Shown here one piece after another: positions 61,970 through 64,000 of a stretch of 64,000 bases of DNA. The DNA is taken from positions 94,550,001-94,614,000 of the forward strand of contig CM052852.1 of the NCBI GenBank assembly GCA_028534125.1. Reading direction: 5' to 3'. Numbering within the stretch: the stretch's first letter is position 1; the number at the start of each line of letters is the position of its first letter. The DNA comes from Lama glama (taxonomy: Eukaryota). Both the position numbers and the translations under genes were made by a program. A model generated the notes under the pieces. That model had not been told where the DNA came from. It did no database searches and worked only from the letters and a program-made list of their open reading frames with translations.

Positions 61970-63420
61970 AAGAGGAGGCCTCTCCACCCGGCTCAGCTGC
62001 TCCCCCCACGCCGCAGCCCTCTGCTCGGGGTCACTGCTGCCAGGCCTGATGCTTCCCATCCGGTCCACCCAGATGCACCACGCTCCCCGGGTTTTATTAT
62101 CTGAGCAATCTAACCATTACCGCTTTCATTACCCCAAATCATACAGACACCTGTCTGAGTAACGCAGGGACTCTAGTTCTCTTTTATTCGATGAGACCAT
62201 CTTTCTGGTTGGCTCTTCTGCTGGGGGCTGGGCAGTGGGGAGCAGCCGGGCCTCATCACACTCTCCGCGGCCACCTCTTCAGCCCACGCCCCACAAACCC
62301 CAACCCTGCAGGTTGGAAGCGTTTCTGGTGGCTAAGCCAGAGCCAGGGGTCCCTGGCCTGATATCCTGGAACATCACCCAGCAGGAGCCATGACTGGTTT
62401 AGGCGAGTGGGCGACCTAGTGACCCAGCCCCTCGGGAACAGCAAGAGGGATTCGCGTCACCCTCCAGCTCTGAATGACGGGAGGCCCTGCCCAGAGTGCG
62501 GTGTGGAGCAAGGCCCTGAGGCAGCACCTGGACCCTGGATGAGCACGCCCACCCTGCAGAGACGACGCTTTCAGGACCCGCGGCGGGGTGAGCGGGGGGA
62601 CGGGCAACAAGCAGCGGAGACTGGACACCTGCTGCCAGGAGCTGCAGCGCTCTTCGTGTGCGGTCTACCCCGCCCCCACGGGCACATGCAAACGGCCTTC
62701 AGGGAACAGCTAACAGCTCAGGACACTCCACTGGGCACTTTCTGGACTTGCTGGCTGAGAGCAGGCACCGCTTTCCATCGCTCGGAATCCACAGAGCCGA
62801 GGGGCCCGGCCCAGCCCAGGCCCCCAGGGCAGAGTCCCGCGAGTGAACAAACGGACAACCCTGGGGACGTCTGACTCCAAGGCCCACAGTCTCCCCACTG
62901 GGGGGCCTGGCCCAGCCTCCTCGGGGAGGGCCGCTCCATGGCGGGCCGAGGCCTGCGCATAGGCCTTGTTTCGTCCCTGCCTGTCCCAGCTGCGGAGGAC
63001 TCGCTCAAAGGCCCCGAGGCTGTGAGGGCTGCTCGAGCCCTGGTCCCCAACACCTAGTGAGCACCTGTGGCCCAGCTTCCTCTCGGCAGGGCCCACAGCT
63101 CTGAGAGCCAGAGAAGCATGAAGAGCAAACGGGGGTCTGCCCCAAGCCCTATCCGAGACCGCCCAGCTCCTGGTGACTCCGTGACAGAGGGCGGCCCTGG
63201 GCTCACCCCTGCTGCCACAATGTGTGATATCACTGGGCATCGCCATGGCAAACACAGCTGCCAACCCCGAGAACCCCAGGCAGTGACTGGGATACAACTG
63301 AATTCAACCTGCTGGACCAATGGACACGGCCCTGTGCTGGGCCCCTCAGGAGACGGGGGCAGCACGTGCCCTCGGAGGGGAGCCTGATTTCCAGAAGCGG
63401 CACGAGCGCTGGAGAGCATC
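61970..63420. promoter_or_regulatory. GC/CpG-rich unique region
   Basis: High GC with retained CpGs (gacccgcggcggggtgagcggggg); no recognisable CDS. Confidence 0.3.
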
Positions 63421-63437
63421 TGGACCATATGGTGTGC

Positions 63438-63807
63438 TGTGCAGGATTTATCTCTTGGGACTGTTGTAACAAAGCGCCACAAATTAGGTGGCTTAAACAA
63501 CAGAGACGTATTGTCTCAGTTCTGGACGTGTGAAGTCTAAGGTCAAGGTGTCCATGGGGAGCATCCTGACCTGTGCCTTCATCTGCACCTCACATGGCAT
63601 TCTTCCCATCTGCAAACCTATCTCTGTTTCCTAAGTCCCCTTTTGTAGGGACACCAGTCATCCTGGGTTAGGGCCCTCCTGAATGACTCCATCTAAACTA
63701 GATCACATCTACAAAGACTCTATTTCCAAATGAGGTCACAGTCCAAAATATTGGGCATTAGGACTCCAACATATGAATTGATGGGGAACACAATACAACC
63801 CGTAACA
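63438..63807 (-). mobile_element. MaLR solo LTR (MLT1B/C-like)
   Basis: gtaacaaagcgccacaaattaggtggcttaaacaacaga...ctatttccaaatgaggtcaca...ggggaacacaatacaacccgtaaca. Confidence 0.88.
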
Positions 63808-64000
63808 GCAAGTATAGCCAGAGGCCAGCAATTAGCAGTGGACTCCTACCAACCGCAAAGGCTTTCTGACAGACCGTGTGGTCCACGAGCAGAGACTGAC
63901 CCGTGGTTACATCGTGTGTTAGAGACAGACCTGGAACTCACTCCCCAGTTTCCAGCATCTTATGAGAACGCCCTGTCCATGGGGATGGCCAAGCCCCATG

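Noticed and set aside
62710-63297. 195-aa minus-strand ORF and overlapping ORFs in several frames
   Set aside because: Stop-codon scarcity in GC-rich DNA; ORFs are open on both strands with low-complexity A/G/P/R composition.
1-64000. Prokaryotic-type systems (CRISPR arrays, operons, defence islands)
   Set aside because: The sequence is mammalian and repeat-dominated, with no spaced direct-repeat array or gene-dense segment.

Overview
Mammalian genomic DNA, most likely a camelid (alpaca/llama/camel). The basis is five copies of a tRNA-Ala-derived SINE of the camelid Vic-1 type, artiodactyl-type L1 3' ends, and no Alu, Bov-A/BovB or PRE-1 that I could see. I recognise no host protein-coding gene: the ORF track is chance ORFs, N-spanning artefacts and L1 relics. 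The window is intronic or intergenic and dense in old repeats (MIR, L2, L1M, MLT1/MLT2 LTRs, hAT MITEs) plus younger 5'-truncated L1 and SINE insertions with visible target-site duplications (TSDs). Between the repeats are repeat-free, homeodomain/FOX/SOX-motif-rich blocks and CpG-rich patches (about 39.2-39.6, 45.1-45.5 and 62-63.4 kb), resembling the regulatory landscape near a developmental gene. Main observations: (1) a clear L1 3'-transduction at 17.8-18.2 kb; (2) a chain of minus-strand splice signals, two abutting N-runs, suggesting an unidentified spliced transcript; (3) N-runs that look like length-preserving masks; (4) a 1-kb degenerate TG tract rich in ACGTG/E-box motifs; (5) a three-layer nested L1 stack. 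I see no evidence for a new protein-encoding system. Repeat subfamily names are from memory of consensus sequences and need RepeatMasker/Dfam confirmation.
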